DNA of 64,000 nt, from contig JBDRPD010000054.1 of assembly GCA_043827405.1 (NCBI GenBank), positions 1 through 64,000 of the forward strand, given 5' to 3'. The DNA is from Elusimicrobiota bacterium (GTDB taxonomy: Bacteria; Elusimicrobiota; Elusimicrobia; UBA1565). Both the position numbers and the translations under genes were made by a program. Below the pieces are notes generated by a model that was given only the letters and a program-made list of their open reading frames with translations, was not told the DNA's origin and ran no database searches. Below are positions 1-9,391 of this stretch, piece after piece (positions within the stretch are counted from its first letter, which is position 1; each line of letters opens with the position of its first letter).

Positions 1-877
1 CGAGCAGGGCGGCGCCGATCACCCCGGCGGAATCGCCGAGCTTGTTGCGGACGATGGGAGTCTCCAGGCTGTCGGAAAAGACGCGCTGGCGCACTTCTTT
101 CACGCCTTCAGTGTAGAGCTCGTCGATGTTCGATAAGCCGCCGCCGAGGACCACGATGTCGGGATCGAGTACGGTGATGAGATTCGCCATCGCTTGGCCG
201 AAGCGCGCGAAGAACTCTTGCATAAACGGTACGGCCTTTCCGTCGCCGCCGCGGTAGGCGGAAAGTATCTGCGGCAGGGTCCTCGGCTCGCCGAACTCCG
301 CCGCGTAGCGGCGCTCCAGCCCGCCGCCGCTGATGAAGGTCTCGACGCAGCCGCGCGCGCCGCAGTAGCATTCGGGTCCGGCGGGGTCGATGACCATATG
401 CCCCCACTCGCCGGCGATCCTCTGGGGGCCGGTAAGGATCTTGCCTTCGACGGATATGCCGCCGCCGCAGCCCGTGCCCATGATAACGCCGAAGACTACC
501 CGCTTCCACTCGGCCGCGCCCATCCGCGCCTCCGCCAAGGTGAAGCAGTTCGCGTCGTTGCTCAGCTCGATGCGCTGCCCCAGCAGCCGCTCCAGGTCCT
601 TCTGCACCGGCTTGCCGTTCATGCACACCGTGTTGGAGTTCTTGAGCAGCCCGGTCTTGGGCGAAATAGCGCCCGGGGTGCCGATTCCCAGGGAATGCCT
701 TTCCGCGTGGATGCCGATAACGAGGTCGTCGTAGAGCTTTTGCACGGTCTTGAGGATGGCTTCGTAGCCTTCCTCGCGCCGGGTCGGGACGCGCTTGCGG
801 CAGACCTCCTCCATCGCCTCATCGAGCGCGATGCCTTCTATTTTGCTTCCGCCCAGATCTATGCCAATGCGATACAT
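1..877 (-). CDS. ROK family sugar kinase (fructokinase/Mak-like), 3' end truncated by the window edge
   Basis: Not in the ORF track because it runs off the edge. Manual translation from ATG 877 gives MYRIGIDLGGSKIEG, with NDANCF, GTGCGGG, GEWGH, CYCG..GCVE and LGDSAGVIGAALL, all ROK motifs. Confidence 0.9.
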   Translation of the reverse strand, partial: MYRIGIDLGGSKIEGIALDEAMEEVCRKRVPTRREEGYEAILKTVQKLYDDLVIGIHAERHSLGIGTPGAISPKTGLLKNSNTVCMNGKPVQKDLERLLGQRIELSNDANCFTLAEARMGAAEWKRVVFGVIMGTGCGGGISVEGKILTGPQRIAGEWGHMVIDPAGPECYCGARGCVETFISGGGLERRYAAEFGEPRTLPQILSAYRGGDGKAVPFMQEFFARFGQAMANLITVLDPDIVVLGGGLSNIDELYTEGVKEVRQRVFSDSLETPIVRNKLGDSAGVIGAALL

Positions 878-937
878 CAGTCCTGGAGCTCCGTCCGTTC
901 GATAGTATTGCGCCGCCGGTCGGGATTGTCCATGGTT

Positions 938-1972
938 TTATTCGGGGGCGACCTCATGCGACCAGCCGCGGTCGTCGGCGCCGGCGCCGGACTGAATGCC
1001 GCGCAGACGCGTTAGAATCCGCCGCCGAGCGGACTCATCGGGGAAGGCGGCGGCGCGCCGGCCGGTATCGATTTCGCCGACGCTGCGCACGGTCCAGGCG
1101 GTGCCGGTGCAGAAAACCTCGACGGCGTCGTCCATTACTTCATCGATCGCGAGGTCGCGCTCCTCGACCGGCCAGCCCAGCTCCGACCGTGCCAGCTCTA
1201 TTACCGAGGCGCGCGTGATCCCGGGCAGAATCTGATCGTCGAGCCGAGGCGTGACGAGGACGCCGCTGCGCAGGCGCGCGAAGACGTTGGAGCCGCTGGT
1301 TTCCGTCACGTAGCGCCGGTGGCGGGCATCGAGGTAGAGGACATCGTCGTAGCCTTCCCGCTGCCAGCGCGTGCGCGCCATGATGCCGCTGGGGTAGTTG
1401 CCCATCGCCTTGGCGGCGCCGGAGCCGCCCGGGGCTACGCGTCCGCATTCCAGGGCGCGGAGGCGGAGACCCTTGGCGTCGCTGCGGAAATACGCTCCGA
1501 CCGGGCTCGCATAGATGAGGAGCTCGAAACGCTTGGCGGGCCGCAGCCCCAGCATGGGTTCGGAAGCCAGTTCGATCGGACGGATGTACAAGGTGCCTTT
1601 GCCGGCGGGGGGGATGAAGCGTTCGTTGCGGCGTACGATGCCCGTCACGGCTCGCAGGAAGCGGTCCTCGGGAAAGGGCGGCATAGCGAATAGGGCGGCT
1701 GAGCGCTGCAGCCGGCGAGCGTTCTCCTCCGGGCGGAACAGCAGTATCCTTCCGTCGGCGGCGCGTTCGGCCTTCATCCCCTCGAAGACGCCGAGACCGT
1801 AGGAAAGGGCAGCCGCCGCGGGAGACAGCGCCACGCCGCCGAAAGGCAGGAATTCGTCCGCCCCCCATACCGGTTCCGCTTCCGCATCGCCGGCCGCGCG
1901 ATAAACGGCGTCGGTAGCGGTCAGATTGAAACCCAGCTGGTCCCAATCGGGGGCGGGCGGCTCGCCGCTCAT
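938..1972 (-). CDS. ilvE: Branched-chain amino acid aminotransferase (PLP fold IV)
   Basis: YGLGVFEGMKA, LYIRP, AKAMGNY (PLP Lys), ETSGSNVF, ILPGITR, FCTGTA. Confidence 0.92.
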   Translation of the reverse strand: MSGEPPAPDWDQLGFNLTATDAVYRAAGDAEAEPVWGADEFLPFGGVALSPAAAALSYGLGVFEGMKAERAADGRILLFRPEENARRLQRSAALFAMPPFPEDRFLRAVTGIVRRNERFIPPAGKGTLYIRPIELASEPMLGLRPAKRFELLIYASPVGAYFRSDAKGLRLRALECGRVAPGGSGAAKAMGNYPSGIMARTRWQREGYDDVLYLDARHRRYVTETSGSNVFARLRSGVLVTPRLDDQILPGITRASVIELARSELGWPVEERDLAIDEVMDDAVEVFCTGTAWTVRSVGEIDTGRRAAAFPDESARRRILTRLRGIQSGAGADDRGWSHEVAPE

Positions 1973-2364
1973 AGCGCTCCGAGTTCGGCCAATAGTTTAC
2001 CGACCCTGGTTTTGATCTCGTCGCGCACTTCGCGAAATTCTTCCAGCGGCATCGCTTTGGGGTCGGGCAGCGCCCAGTCTTCGCGCCGCTTCGCCGGCAG
2101 CTGGGGGCAGGCGTCGCCGCAGCCCATGGTGATGACGGCGTCCCACTCATTTGCGGGAAGGTCGTCGAGCCCTTTTGAGCGCTGAGCGGCGAGGTCGATG
2201 CCGACCTCCCGCATAACCTCAACGGCGGTCGCATTTACCCGGCCGGAAGGCCGGGAGCCGGCGCTGTGGGCGTCGATGCCCGCGCCCCCCAGGGCGCGCG
2301 CGTGGCCCTCGGCTATCTGGCTGCGGCAGGAGTTTTCGACGCAGACAAAAAGGATCCGCTTCAT
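1969..2364 (-). CDS. arsC: Arsenate reductase / low-molecular-weight PTPase family
   Basis: CVENSCRSQIAEG P-loop, SAGS, TMGCGDACP, DWALPDP. Confidence 0.88.
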   Translation of the reverse strand: MKRILFVCVENSCRSQIAEGHARALGGAGIDAHSAGSRPSGRVNATAVEVMREVGIDLAAQRSKGLDDLPANEWDAVITMGCGDACPQLPAKRREDWALPDPKAMPLEEFREVRDEIKTRVGKLLAELGAL

Positions 2365-2368
2365 GGCG

Positions 2369-3745
2369 TCAGGCGAACGTGTCTCCGGTCATCTCGACGA
2401 TCTTCGTCCACAGCGCTTCTTCATCGAGAGGCTTGGCTACACACGCGACGTAGGGGTCGTCCTTGGGCAGCTTGTCTTGGGCCTTGTCGGGAGGCAGGGA
2501 GCTCATAAAGATGATAGGCATCTCTTTGTCCAGGAAGGGGCTGTTGCGCAGTCTTTTGAAGACACCCATGCCGAGCTCAAGATCGATGATTAATATCTCG
2601 ACGCTCAAAGCCTGGGATTGGATGAGGGCTTCCTGTGCATTGGCGCAATCCGCGACCCATTCCACGCCCTTGGCTTCGATAAAAGCCAGCAGCTTGTCGC
2701 GCATGGTGTAGTCGCTGTCGACGAGCAGCACGAAGGGCCGGGTCTTGCGGGGCTTGCTCGGCCGGGGAGGTTGAGCGTCTTCCTTTTCCGCGGGGGCCGT
2801 CGAGGGAGCGGGTTTGGGTTCCGGCTTCGGCTCCGGCGCGGGTTCTGGTTCCGGCTCCGGTGCCGGTTCCAATTTCATCTCGGGTTCCGGCTCGGCGGGC
2901 TGGTCTTTCTCCTCCGGTGCCGGCTGCAGCACCAATTTGATCTCCGGTTCTGGTTCCGGCGCCGGCTTCGGCTTGGGCTTTGGCGGCGGAGTTTGCTCGC
3001 GCGGCCTTTCCGGCGGCGTCTCTATCTTCTGCTTCTCCACCGGCGCTATTTTGGGCTCGGCGCTGACCTTAGGCCGTTCGGCTACGGGAGCGAGGACATA
3101 GCTGCACATGGTGCAGAACGGCACATCGGGAGTATTCTGGGCGTAGCAGTTGGGGCATTCGATTGTTTTGGGCTTGGTGGAGACGTCGATGGGGATCTTC
3201 TGCGGGAAGCGTCCCAGCGGGATGCGTTCGGCCGCAGGGCGCTCACGCCGTATTTTGGGCTGCTTCGGTTCCGGCGGCGGTTTGGGCTTGGGCGGCGGCT
3301 CTTTCTTCGGCGCCGCTTCATCAAGAATCTGCATTTCGTCGATGATCGCGCTGCCTTTTTCCGGCTTCTTGGGAATGGGCGCTTTCTCTTCGGCCGGGGC
3401 CGGGGCTGCCGCCGTTTTCGACAGGACGAAGTAGCACATCTCGCAGGTCGTCGCTCCCGGACGGTTCATGGTGCCGCAGCTCTGGCATTCGATCGGGTCG
3501 GTCGACGGCGGCTCCGCTTTTTCCGGCGCTTTTTCCGCCGCCGGCTTATTTTCCTTTTGCGGGCTTTCCGGCGGCGGCTTCGTCTCCTCTTTCGGAGCTT
3601 CGGGTTCGGGTTTATCCTCCGGCTCCGGAGGGGGAGGCTCCTTCACCTGTACGAACATGAAGTTGCACATAGAACAGGCTTCGGCGCCGGGCAGATTGAC
3701 GGTGCCGCAGCTCGTACACTCGATGGGCTCGCTGGAAGCGCTCAT
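2369..3745 (-). CDS. Protein with three RanBP2-like zinc ribbons, Pro/Glu/Lys-rich linkers and a C-terminal response-regulator receiver domain
   Basis: Three CxxC-x3-N-x6-CxxC motifs (CTSC..CSMC, CQSC..CEMC, CPNC..CTMC). C-terminal LLVDSD...IIDLEL...IFMSS...AKP receiver pattern. Start placed at MSASSEP. Confidence 0.8.
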   Translation of the reverse strand: MSASSEPIECTSCGTVNLPGAEACSMCNFMFVQVKEPPPPEPEDKPEPEAPKEETKPPPESPQKENKPAAEKAPEKAEPPSTDPIECQSCGTMNRPGATTCEMCYFVLSKTAAAPAPAEEKAPIPKKPEKGSAIIDEMQILDEAAPKKEPPPKPKPPPEPKQPKIRRERPAAERIPLGRFPQKIPIDVSTKPKTIECPNCYAQNTPDVPFCTMCSYVLAPVAERPKVSAEPKIAPVEKQKIETPPERPREQTPPPKPKPKPAPEPEPEIKLVLQPAPEEKDQPAEPEPEMKLEPAPEPEPEPAPEPKPEPKPAPSTAPAEKEDAQPPRPSKPRKTRPFVLLVDSDYTMRDKLLAFIEAKGVEWVADCANAQEALIQSQALSVEILIIDLELGMGVFKRLRNSPFLDKEMPIIFMSSLPPDKAQDKLPKDDPYVACVAKPLDEEALWTKIVEMTGDTFA

Positions 3746-3855
3746 TGTGAAGTCTATCCGCAGACGCAAGTCTAGTAATTGTGAGCCTAAGAAAACAAAA
3801 ATACAACCCCATTGCAAGACTGCAGAAACAGAGTTACGCTATGCAGCGGAGCGCT

Positions 3856-4905
3856 ATGGATTATATTATCGCAGACTTGGAAGCTACCTGCTGGGAAGAA
3901 GGCCAGGAGCTCGAGCGGATGGAGATCATCGAGATCGGAGCCGTCAAGCTGGACGGCGAGACCTATCAGCCATGCGGCGAGTATGCGAGCTTTGTCCGCC
4001 CGGTGGCTGAGCCGGTGCTTAGCGAGTTCTGCCGCCGGCTGACCTCGATTCGCCAGCAGGACGTGGATTCCGCCGCCGGCTTCAAAGAGGTGCTCCCCGC
4101 GTTTATGAAATGGGTCGGCGAAGATCCCATCAGGTTTTGCACCTGGAGCACCTACGATCTAAAGCAGCTTAAGGTGGACTGCGCGCGGCACGGGCTGGAG
4201 CTTCCCCGCGCGCTCAGCAGCCATATCGATCTGCGCCAGCTGTTCGCGGCGAAGCAGGGCGGAGCGCCTCGTCCAATGGAACAGGCGCTCATCGATCTGG
4301 GGCTGCCCCTGGACGGCGTCCACCACCGGGCGCTCGATGACAGCAGGAATATCGCGAAGATCGCCGTTGATATCTTTACCAACAAGAAAGGCGGTCATGT
4401 CGAGATTGTGGAGTACGATCCTGCTTGGCCCGGGCAGTTCGCGGCCGAACAGGACGCCATCCTCGCCGTTTTGGGCGACATGATCAGTGCCGTGGAGCAT
4501 GTCGGCAGCACCGCTTTGCCGGGCGTCGCGGCGAAGCCGACGATCGACCTTATGGTGGGAGTCGACAGGCTGGATGTCGGTAAGAAGGTGGTCGCGGCGC
4601 TTGCAGATTTGGGCTACAGCTACTTCGGCGAATTCAGCATCCCGGGACGGCACTTCTTCCGCAAGGGTACGCCGCCTACGCACCATGTCCATTGGGTCGA
4701 AATTACGAGCGATTTCTGGGACAAGCAGCTGCTGTTTCGGGATTATATGCGCGCTCATCCGGCGGACGGCCGGGCATACGAGGAACATAAGAAGAAGCTG
4801 GCGGCGAAGTTCCGCGACGACCGGGACAAGTATACTCTCGCCAAGACCGAATTTATCGAAGAGATTAACCGCCGGGCGCTGGCTTGGAGGGCCGAGCGTT
4901 CCTAG
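3856..4905 (+). CDS. Fusion of a DEDDh 3'-5' exonuclease (ERI-1/KapD-like) and a GrpB/UPF0157 nucleotidyltransferase-like domain
   Basis: N-half has DLEATC, IIEIGAV and HHRALDD. C-half has EHVGSTALPGVAAKPTIDLMVG, FRDYMR and YTLAKTEFI. Confidence 0.85.
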   Translation: MDYIIADLEATCWEEGQELERMEIIEIGAVKLDGETYQPCGEYASFVRPVAEPVLSEFCRRLTSIRQQDVDSAAGFKEVLPAFMKWVGEDPIRFCTWSTYDLKQLKVDCARHGLELPRALSSHIDLRQLFAAKQGGAPRPMEQALIDLGLPLDGVHHRALDDSRNIAKIAVDIFTNKKGGHVEIVEYDPAWPGQFAAEQDAILAVLGDMISAVEHVGSTALPGVAAKPTIDLMVGVDRLDVGKKVVAALADLGYSYFGEFSIPGRHFFRKGTPPTHHVHWVEITSDFWDKQLLFRDYMRAHPADGRAYEEHKKKLAAKFRDDRDKYTLAKTEFIEEINRRALAWRAERS

Positions 4906-4909
4906 CGGT

Positions 4910-6052
4910 ATGAGGCGGCTGCTCTTCGTGTCGCTGGCGGCGGTTTGGCTGTATCCCGCCGCGCAAGTGCGGGCCGCTGAGAGCCTGCGCCTGCGCGTAG
5001 TGAGCCTGAACGTTCGCGCCTTCCCGGGCGCCCTGCCTCGGCGGTCGGAGCGGCTGGCCGCGCTCGCTCCCGCCTTGACGGCGCTGGCTCCCGATGTCGT
5101 CGTTCTCCAGGGGGCCTGGCCTTCCTCCGGCCGCGAGCGGATCGCCGCCGCGCTGAAAGACGCGGGGCTGAAGCACCATCGGTATTTCCGCTCCCGCATA
5201 TTCGGCAGCGGCTTGTTCGTCGCTGCGCGCTATCCGATCGAGCAGGCCGCCTTCGAAGCCTTCGACGTTTCCGGGGGGCCGCATAAGCCGCGGGAGCTCG
5301 ACTGGTACGGCGGCAAGGGCTTCGCGTCGTGTCTCCTGCAAACTCCCGTCGGCCCGCTGCGCATTGTCAATGCGCACCTGCAGGCGGCCTATCCGGCGGA
5401 TAGCTACGAGCGGGTCCGCTATGCTCAGCTCGTGCAGCTGGTCGGCGGGCTGGCCGACGCCTCGGCGCCGTTGGTTGTCGCCGGCGATCTGAGCCACCGC
5501 TTGGACGATCAGGGGATGCGCAGCTTGACCGGGCGCGCCGGGCTGCGATTCGCCGGAGCGGTCGGGAGCTCGCGCGTTGACCATGTATTGGCGCGCGACG
5601 GCGGTGGACTGCGCGCCGATATCGCGGCCTTTCATCTGGCGTTGGATGAGCCGGTGGACCTCGGCGGCGGTCAGGGGCGGCTGTCGGACCGCCCCGCTTT
5701 GGTCGCCGAGGTCGTGCTCTCCTCCGGCGCCGCCCGGCCGCCGGCGCGCGGCGCGCCCGCCCCGGCCGTCACCGCGGACGACCTGCATGCGACGGCCCAG
5801 GCGCTGCGCGGTGAGCTCAAACGCTGTCTCGCTCTGGGTGTCCTTCTGCTCTTTGGCGGCGTCTTCCTCGAAGCGGCGGCCAAGCGAACCGCGGCGCGCG
5901 CCTGCGTTCTGCTGCTGCTGGGCGCCGCGCTGGTGCTGTTTGCCTTCGCAACCCAGTACCTCGGTCCGCAGGCTGAAGGCTGCGACCGCGCCGCGGTCGA
6001 GCTGCTGCGGGCGCAGCTGCCTCTTGGCCTAGCCGACGTGCAGGAGCGCTAG
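4910..6052 (+). CDS. Endonuclease/exonuclease/phosphatase (neutral sphingomyelinase-like) protein with signal peptide and two C-terminal TM helices
   Basis: SLNV, DVVVLQ, GSGLFV, GKG, NAHL, AGDL, RVDH and SDR motifs. Hydrophobic C-terminus. Start at ATG 4910 just after the upstream stop. Confidence 0.78.
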   Translation: MRRLLFVSLAAVWLYPAAQVRAAESLRLRVVSLNVRAFPGALPRRSERLAALAPALTALAPDVVVLQGAWPSSGRERIAAALKDAGLKHHRYFRSRIFGSGLFVAARYPIEQAAFEAFDVSGGPHKPRELDWYGGKGFASCLLQTPVGPLRIVNAHLQAAYPADSYERVRYAQLVQLVGGLADASAPLVVAGDLSHRLDDQGMRSLTGRAGLRFAGAVGSSRVDHVLARDGGGLRADIAAFHLALDEPVDLGGGQGRLSDRPALVAEVVLSSGAARPPARGAPAPAVTADDLHATAQALRGELKRCLALGVLLLFGGVFLEAAAKRTAARACVLLLLGAALVLFAFATQYLGPQAEGCDRAAVELLRAQLPLGLADVQER

Positions 6053-6520
6053 GTTTAGGGCGCCGTCCGCGGCGTCCTCCACGCGGGCCAGAACTCGGTG
6101 GCCGGCATCCTGTGCGGCGCGGAGTTCGTCGGCCGGCGTATTCGTCCAGCGTATTTTCTGCGCCGGGGCTCCGGCGATGTGACAGGCGCCGTCTTCCGTG
6201 CAGGAGATATCCCACAGGACGGGTTTGCCGCAGTAGGCGGAGGGGCTGATCGCGATATCATCGTAGCTCAGCGGATGGTGTTTGGCCCACTTATAAAACG
6301 GCTTCAGCGCCGCCCGCTGCTGTTTGGACCACAGCGCCTTTTCCGCGGCGCGCAGCCAGCCGCCCGAATCGATGTAGTAGGTCAAGAGAGCCAGCAGGAG
6401 AGAAAAGCCGAGCAGCGGGCGGCCGAGGAGGCGTTTTGGAGGCGCCGCCGCCGGGGCGGATTCGTCTCTCTCGTGGAGCCCCTTGCCGTCGAGGATGTAA
6501 ACGGGTTTGTCGCTGGTCAT
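6029..6520 (-). CDS. Hypothetical single-TM membrane protein
   Basis: 163-aa ORF with one hydrophobic segment and typical codon usage. Confidence 0.6.
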   Translation of the reverse strand: MTSDKPVYILDGKGLHERDESAPAAAPPKRLLGRPLLGFSLLLALLTYYIDSGGWLRAAEKALWSKQQRAALKPFYKWAKHHPLSYDDIAISPSAYCGKPVLWDISCTEDGACHIAGAPAQKIRWTNTPADELRAAQDAGHRVLARVEDAADGALNLALLHVG

Positions 6521-6605
6521 GGCCGCTCAACCCGGTCGAGGAAGGCCGAGGTAAGGAGATTCTATGAATTTACTATTCGTATGCTAAAGTGTCTTCATAC
6601 CCAAG

Positions 6606-7964
6606 ATGTCCGGTCTGAGTATTTCATGGTGGCGGCTGATTTTCCCCGCGCTGGCGCTGGCGGGGGGGATTTATATTATTCGCCGCATCGTTCTTGTCGG
6701 CGCTTCCTACAAGGCGAAAATCTTGTGTTCAGCGCTCTATGTCAGCGGCCGCCGGCTCGCTTCCGTTCTGATCGAGGACGTCTCGGCCGACAGCTACCGC
6801 ATTATGCGGCTGTTCGGCGCGCGCGTGGATGAGGAACGGAAGACGGTAACGGTGTCTCTGCTCGGCCTGGGGGCGCGGACGGCCGCCTATCGTCCGGGCC
6901 TCGGCGCGACCTTGACCGTCGGCGTCAAGGCGGAGGAGCTGACGCCGCGCCGCATCCCGGAGAGCGATGTCCGGCGCTATCCCAGAATGCTTGAGGAGGA
7001 CGGAAGGCTCGCCGGCCTCGTTAGTGAGGCCTTTACTGAACCCCATCCCGGCAGGCTCCGGCGCACGCGCGCGGTTGTCGTGGTCCGCGACGGCCGCATC
7101 ATCGCCGAACGCTACGCTCCGGGCTTCGACCAGTTCAGCCGCGTTTGCGGCTGGTCGATGACCAAGAGCGTTCTCGGCGCGCTTATCGGTATTCTTGTCG
7201 GCGAAGGGCGGCTTGCGCTGGAGCAGCGAAAGCTCGCTCCCGAATGGAGCGCGCCGGGAGATCCGCGCGGCGAGATTACTCTCGACGACATGCTGCGTAT
7301 GCGCAGCGGCTTGGAGTTCGCCGAGATATACACCAATCCGCTCAAGGACGTAACCCAGATGCTCTTCGCCCAGGGCGATGCCGCCGCCTTCGCCGCCGCC
7401 AAGCCGCTCACGGCGCCGCCCCGGACGCTTTGGCACTATTCGAGCGGAACGACGAACATCCTGTCCCGGCTTATTCGCCGGACGCTCGGGGGGAGCCACG
7501 AAGACTACCTCACCTTTCCGCGCCGGGCTTTGTTCGATCCCGCCGGCATGACGCGGGCCCTGCTGGAGCCCGATGCGGCCGGCAACTTTGTTTTTTCATC
7601 ATTTATGTACGCCAGCGCGCGCGACTGGGCCCGCTTCGGCCAGCTGTGCCTGCAGGACGGCGCCTGGGAAGGCCGGCGTATCCTGCCCGCGGGCTGGATG
7701 GGCTACTGCGTTACGCCCACGCCGCAGTCGCCGGGCGGCCAGTACGGCGCGCACTGGTGGCTTAAGCTGCACGAAGTGATGGGCGGCGGGAGCGAGGCCG
7801 CCCGGCGCATCCCAGGGGACGCCTACTTCGCCATCGGTCATGAGGGGCAAGTCCTAACGATCATCCCTTCGCTGAACCTCGTGGTCGTGCGCCTCGGCAT
7901 GTCGATCCATGTCGACGCATGGAATCACGCGGAATTCATGGCGCGCCTGCTCGCGGCGTTGTAG
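6606..7964 (+). CDS. Serine hydrolase, beta-lactamase class C/AmpC-like family
   Basis: WSMTKS (SxxK), LRMRSGL, WHYSSG, ARFGQL, GHEGQ. N-terminal TM anchor. Confidence 0.88.
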   Translation: MSGLSISWWRLIFPALALAGGIYIIRRIVLVGASYKAKILCSALYVSGRRLASVLIEDVSADSYRIMRLFGARVDEERKTVTVSLLGLGARTAAYRPGLGATLTVGVKAEELTPRRIPESDVRRYPRMLEEDGRLAGLVSEAFTEPHPGRLRRTRAVVVVRDGRIIAERYAPGFDQFSRVCGWSMTKSVLGALIGILVGEGRLALEQRKLAPEWSAPGDPRGEITLDDMLRMRSGLEFAEIYTNPLKDVTQMLFAQGDAAAFAAAKPLTAPPRTLWHYSSGTTNILSRLIRRTLGGSHEDYLTFPRRALFDPAGMTRALLEPDAAGNFVFSSFMYASARDWARFGQLCLQDGAWEGRRILPAGWMGYCVTPTPQSPGGQYGAHWWLKLHEVMGGGSEAARRIPGDAYFAIGHEGQVLTIIPSLNLVVVRLGMSIHVDAWNHAEFMARLLAAL

Positions 7965-7977
7965 GGCTCCGGGCGGC

Positions 7978-9243
7978 TTATTTGCCGCGTGTAAGATCCG
8001 GGCGTTCCCGCCAGCCCGATGGCGGCGGCGGCCTGCGCCGGCGGATGCCGCGGTGCCCGGAGGATGCGTCCCGTCCGCGCTCTGCGCGGCGCCGTAGAAT
8101 GCCCGTGCCGATGATGAGCGCCAGCAGCAGGACGCCGCCGGCGGCGGTCAAGCGGAAAATAGCGGATCCCTCTTCGTCGTGGAATTGGGGCTGGGGTGCC
8201 GCCGCGGGAGCATCGGGATCGGCGCCGGTTTCCCCCGCCATGAGCATGGGGGTCGTCGCGGGGAGCGTCAATCCGGCGTCCTCGAGCGGATCGAATTCTT
8301 CGACCGCGCCGGCCGTGCTGGAGGCGACGGTCGGGGGCGTTTCCGCCTCCTGCTCGGGAGATTCGTCCGCCGCCGGCAGATCCGCCGGCTCCGCTTCCGG
8401 CGCCGCGGTCGCCGTCATCGCGGCGGGGGTCAGCAGGGCGCGTGCGGACGGTTTGGGCGCTGCCGGATCGGGTTTCTCGACGCGCATTTTGATGGCGGCG
8501 GCAAGGCTGTTTCCGGGGTCCAGTAGCAGAGCCTTCTTGGCGTCGACCAGCGCTCGTTGGTCCTCGCCGAGGCGGATGAGAGCCGCGGCCCGCAGCACCA
8601 AAGGGTAGGGGGCCTCCGGCGCTTCTTCGTTGGCGCGGGTTGCGAACTCCGTCGCCCCTTTGTTATCGCCCGTCAGCAAGCAGAACTCCGCGGCGATTTC
8701 CGCCGCCTGGATCGGGGGATGCGGCACGCTGAGATGCGCCCGGCTCCGCCGGATGAGTTCGTTGCGGACCGCGGTGCTTGGTTTGGGAGTCTGCGCCTTG
8801 CGCAGTTCCGCGATCAGACGCTCCTGGATTTTGCAGAAGATGGCGGCCCGGAGATCCTGCAGTTCAGGGGAGATCCTGTCGAGCACATCGGGCAGCAGGT
8901 CCGACTCCCCCATCTGGCTCATATCGAAGGCGTAGCGCCCCACCACCATGGGATCGATAAGCCAGCCTTTCTTGGACGGATCAGGGTGCGGCATCCAGGC
9001 GGTCTCACCCATGATGCCGCCGGTGGATAATTCTATTTTGGCGTCCACCATGGCTTTCTCGTTGGCGGTGTCGCATTTGGCGACGTCCGCGAAGTTCGCG
9101 GCATCCTCGCAGCTCTGCAGCGGCCCGATCACCAGCATTTCAGCCGGGGGTTTATTCAGTTCCTGCGCGGACGCATCCTGCGCCGAGAGCCGGTGCGGGG
9201 AAAGGATCGTTAGTGCAAGAAAAAACAGGCAAAAACCACGCAT
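7978..9243 (-). CDS. Exported TPR-containing protein with acidic linker and C-terminal membrane anchor
   Basis: Signal peptide, TPR-like RAAALIRLGEDQRALVDAKKALLLDPGN, C-terminal TM followed by RRR. Divergent from the adhesin-motor operon. Confidence 0.7.
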   Translation of the reverse strand: MRGFCLFFLALTILSPHRLSAQDASAQELNKPPAEMLVIGPLQSCEDAANFADVAKCDTANEKAMVDAKIELSTGGIMGETAWMPHPDPSKKGWLIDPMVVGRYAFDMSQMGESDLLPDVLDRISPELQDLRAAIFCKIQERLIAELRKAQTPKPSTAVRNELIRRSRAHLSVPHPPIQAAEIAAEFCLLTGDNKGATEFATRANEEAPEAPYPLVLRAAALIRLGEDQRALVDAKKALLLDPGNSLAAAIKMRVEKPDPAAPKPSARALLTPAAMTATAAPEAEPADLPAADESPEQEAETPPTVASSTAGAVEEFDPLEDAGLTLPATTPMLMAGETGADPDAPAAAPQPQFHDEEGSAIFRLTAAGGVLLLALIIGTGILRRRAERGRDASSGHRGIRRRRPPPPSGWRERPDLTRGK

Positions 9244-9302
9244 GTCATGATTATATGCCAGGTACCGGGGACTGTCAATCTTACCCGTCAGGGCACGGCA
9301 AA

Positions 9303-9332
9303 TCTTTACACACTCTTTACACTGGAATTTAC
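9303..9332 (+). promoter_or_regulatory. Tandem TCTTTACAC direct repeats (11-bp period), candidate OmpR/PhoB-type binding site
   Basis: TCTTTACAC at 9303-9311 and 9314-9322, plus TTTAC at 9328, upstream of the 9392-26784 operon. Confidence 0.5.
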
Positions 9333-9391
9333 CTTCGCCGACTACACTTTCCCTATAGATAGATTCCGCGGTGAATGTTAGGGAGGAGACG

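Noticed and set aside
108..1015. ORFs 108-626 (-) and 194-1015 (+)
   Set aside because: They overlap the real ROK kinase, which lies in another frame and is missing from the track because it is truncated.
2618..3775. 385-aa Arg/Phe-rich plus-strand ORF
   Set aside because: Antisense shadow of the Pro/Glu/Lys-rich zinc-ribbon gene.
4487..4909. N-terminal extension of the EEP ORF overlapping the GrpB domain
   Set aside because: The true start is ATG 4910 with a signal peptide. The upstream part is out-of-frame overlap.
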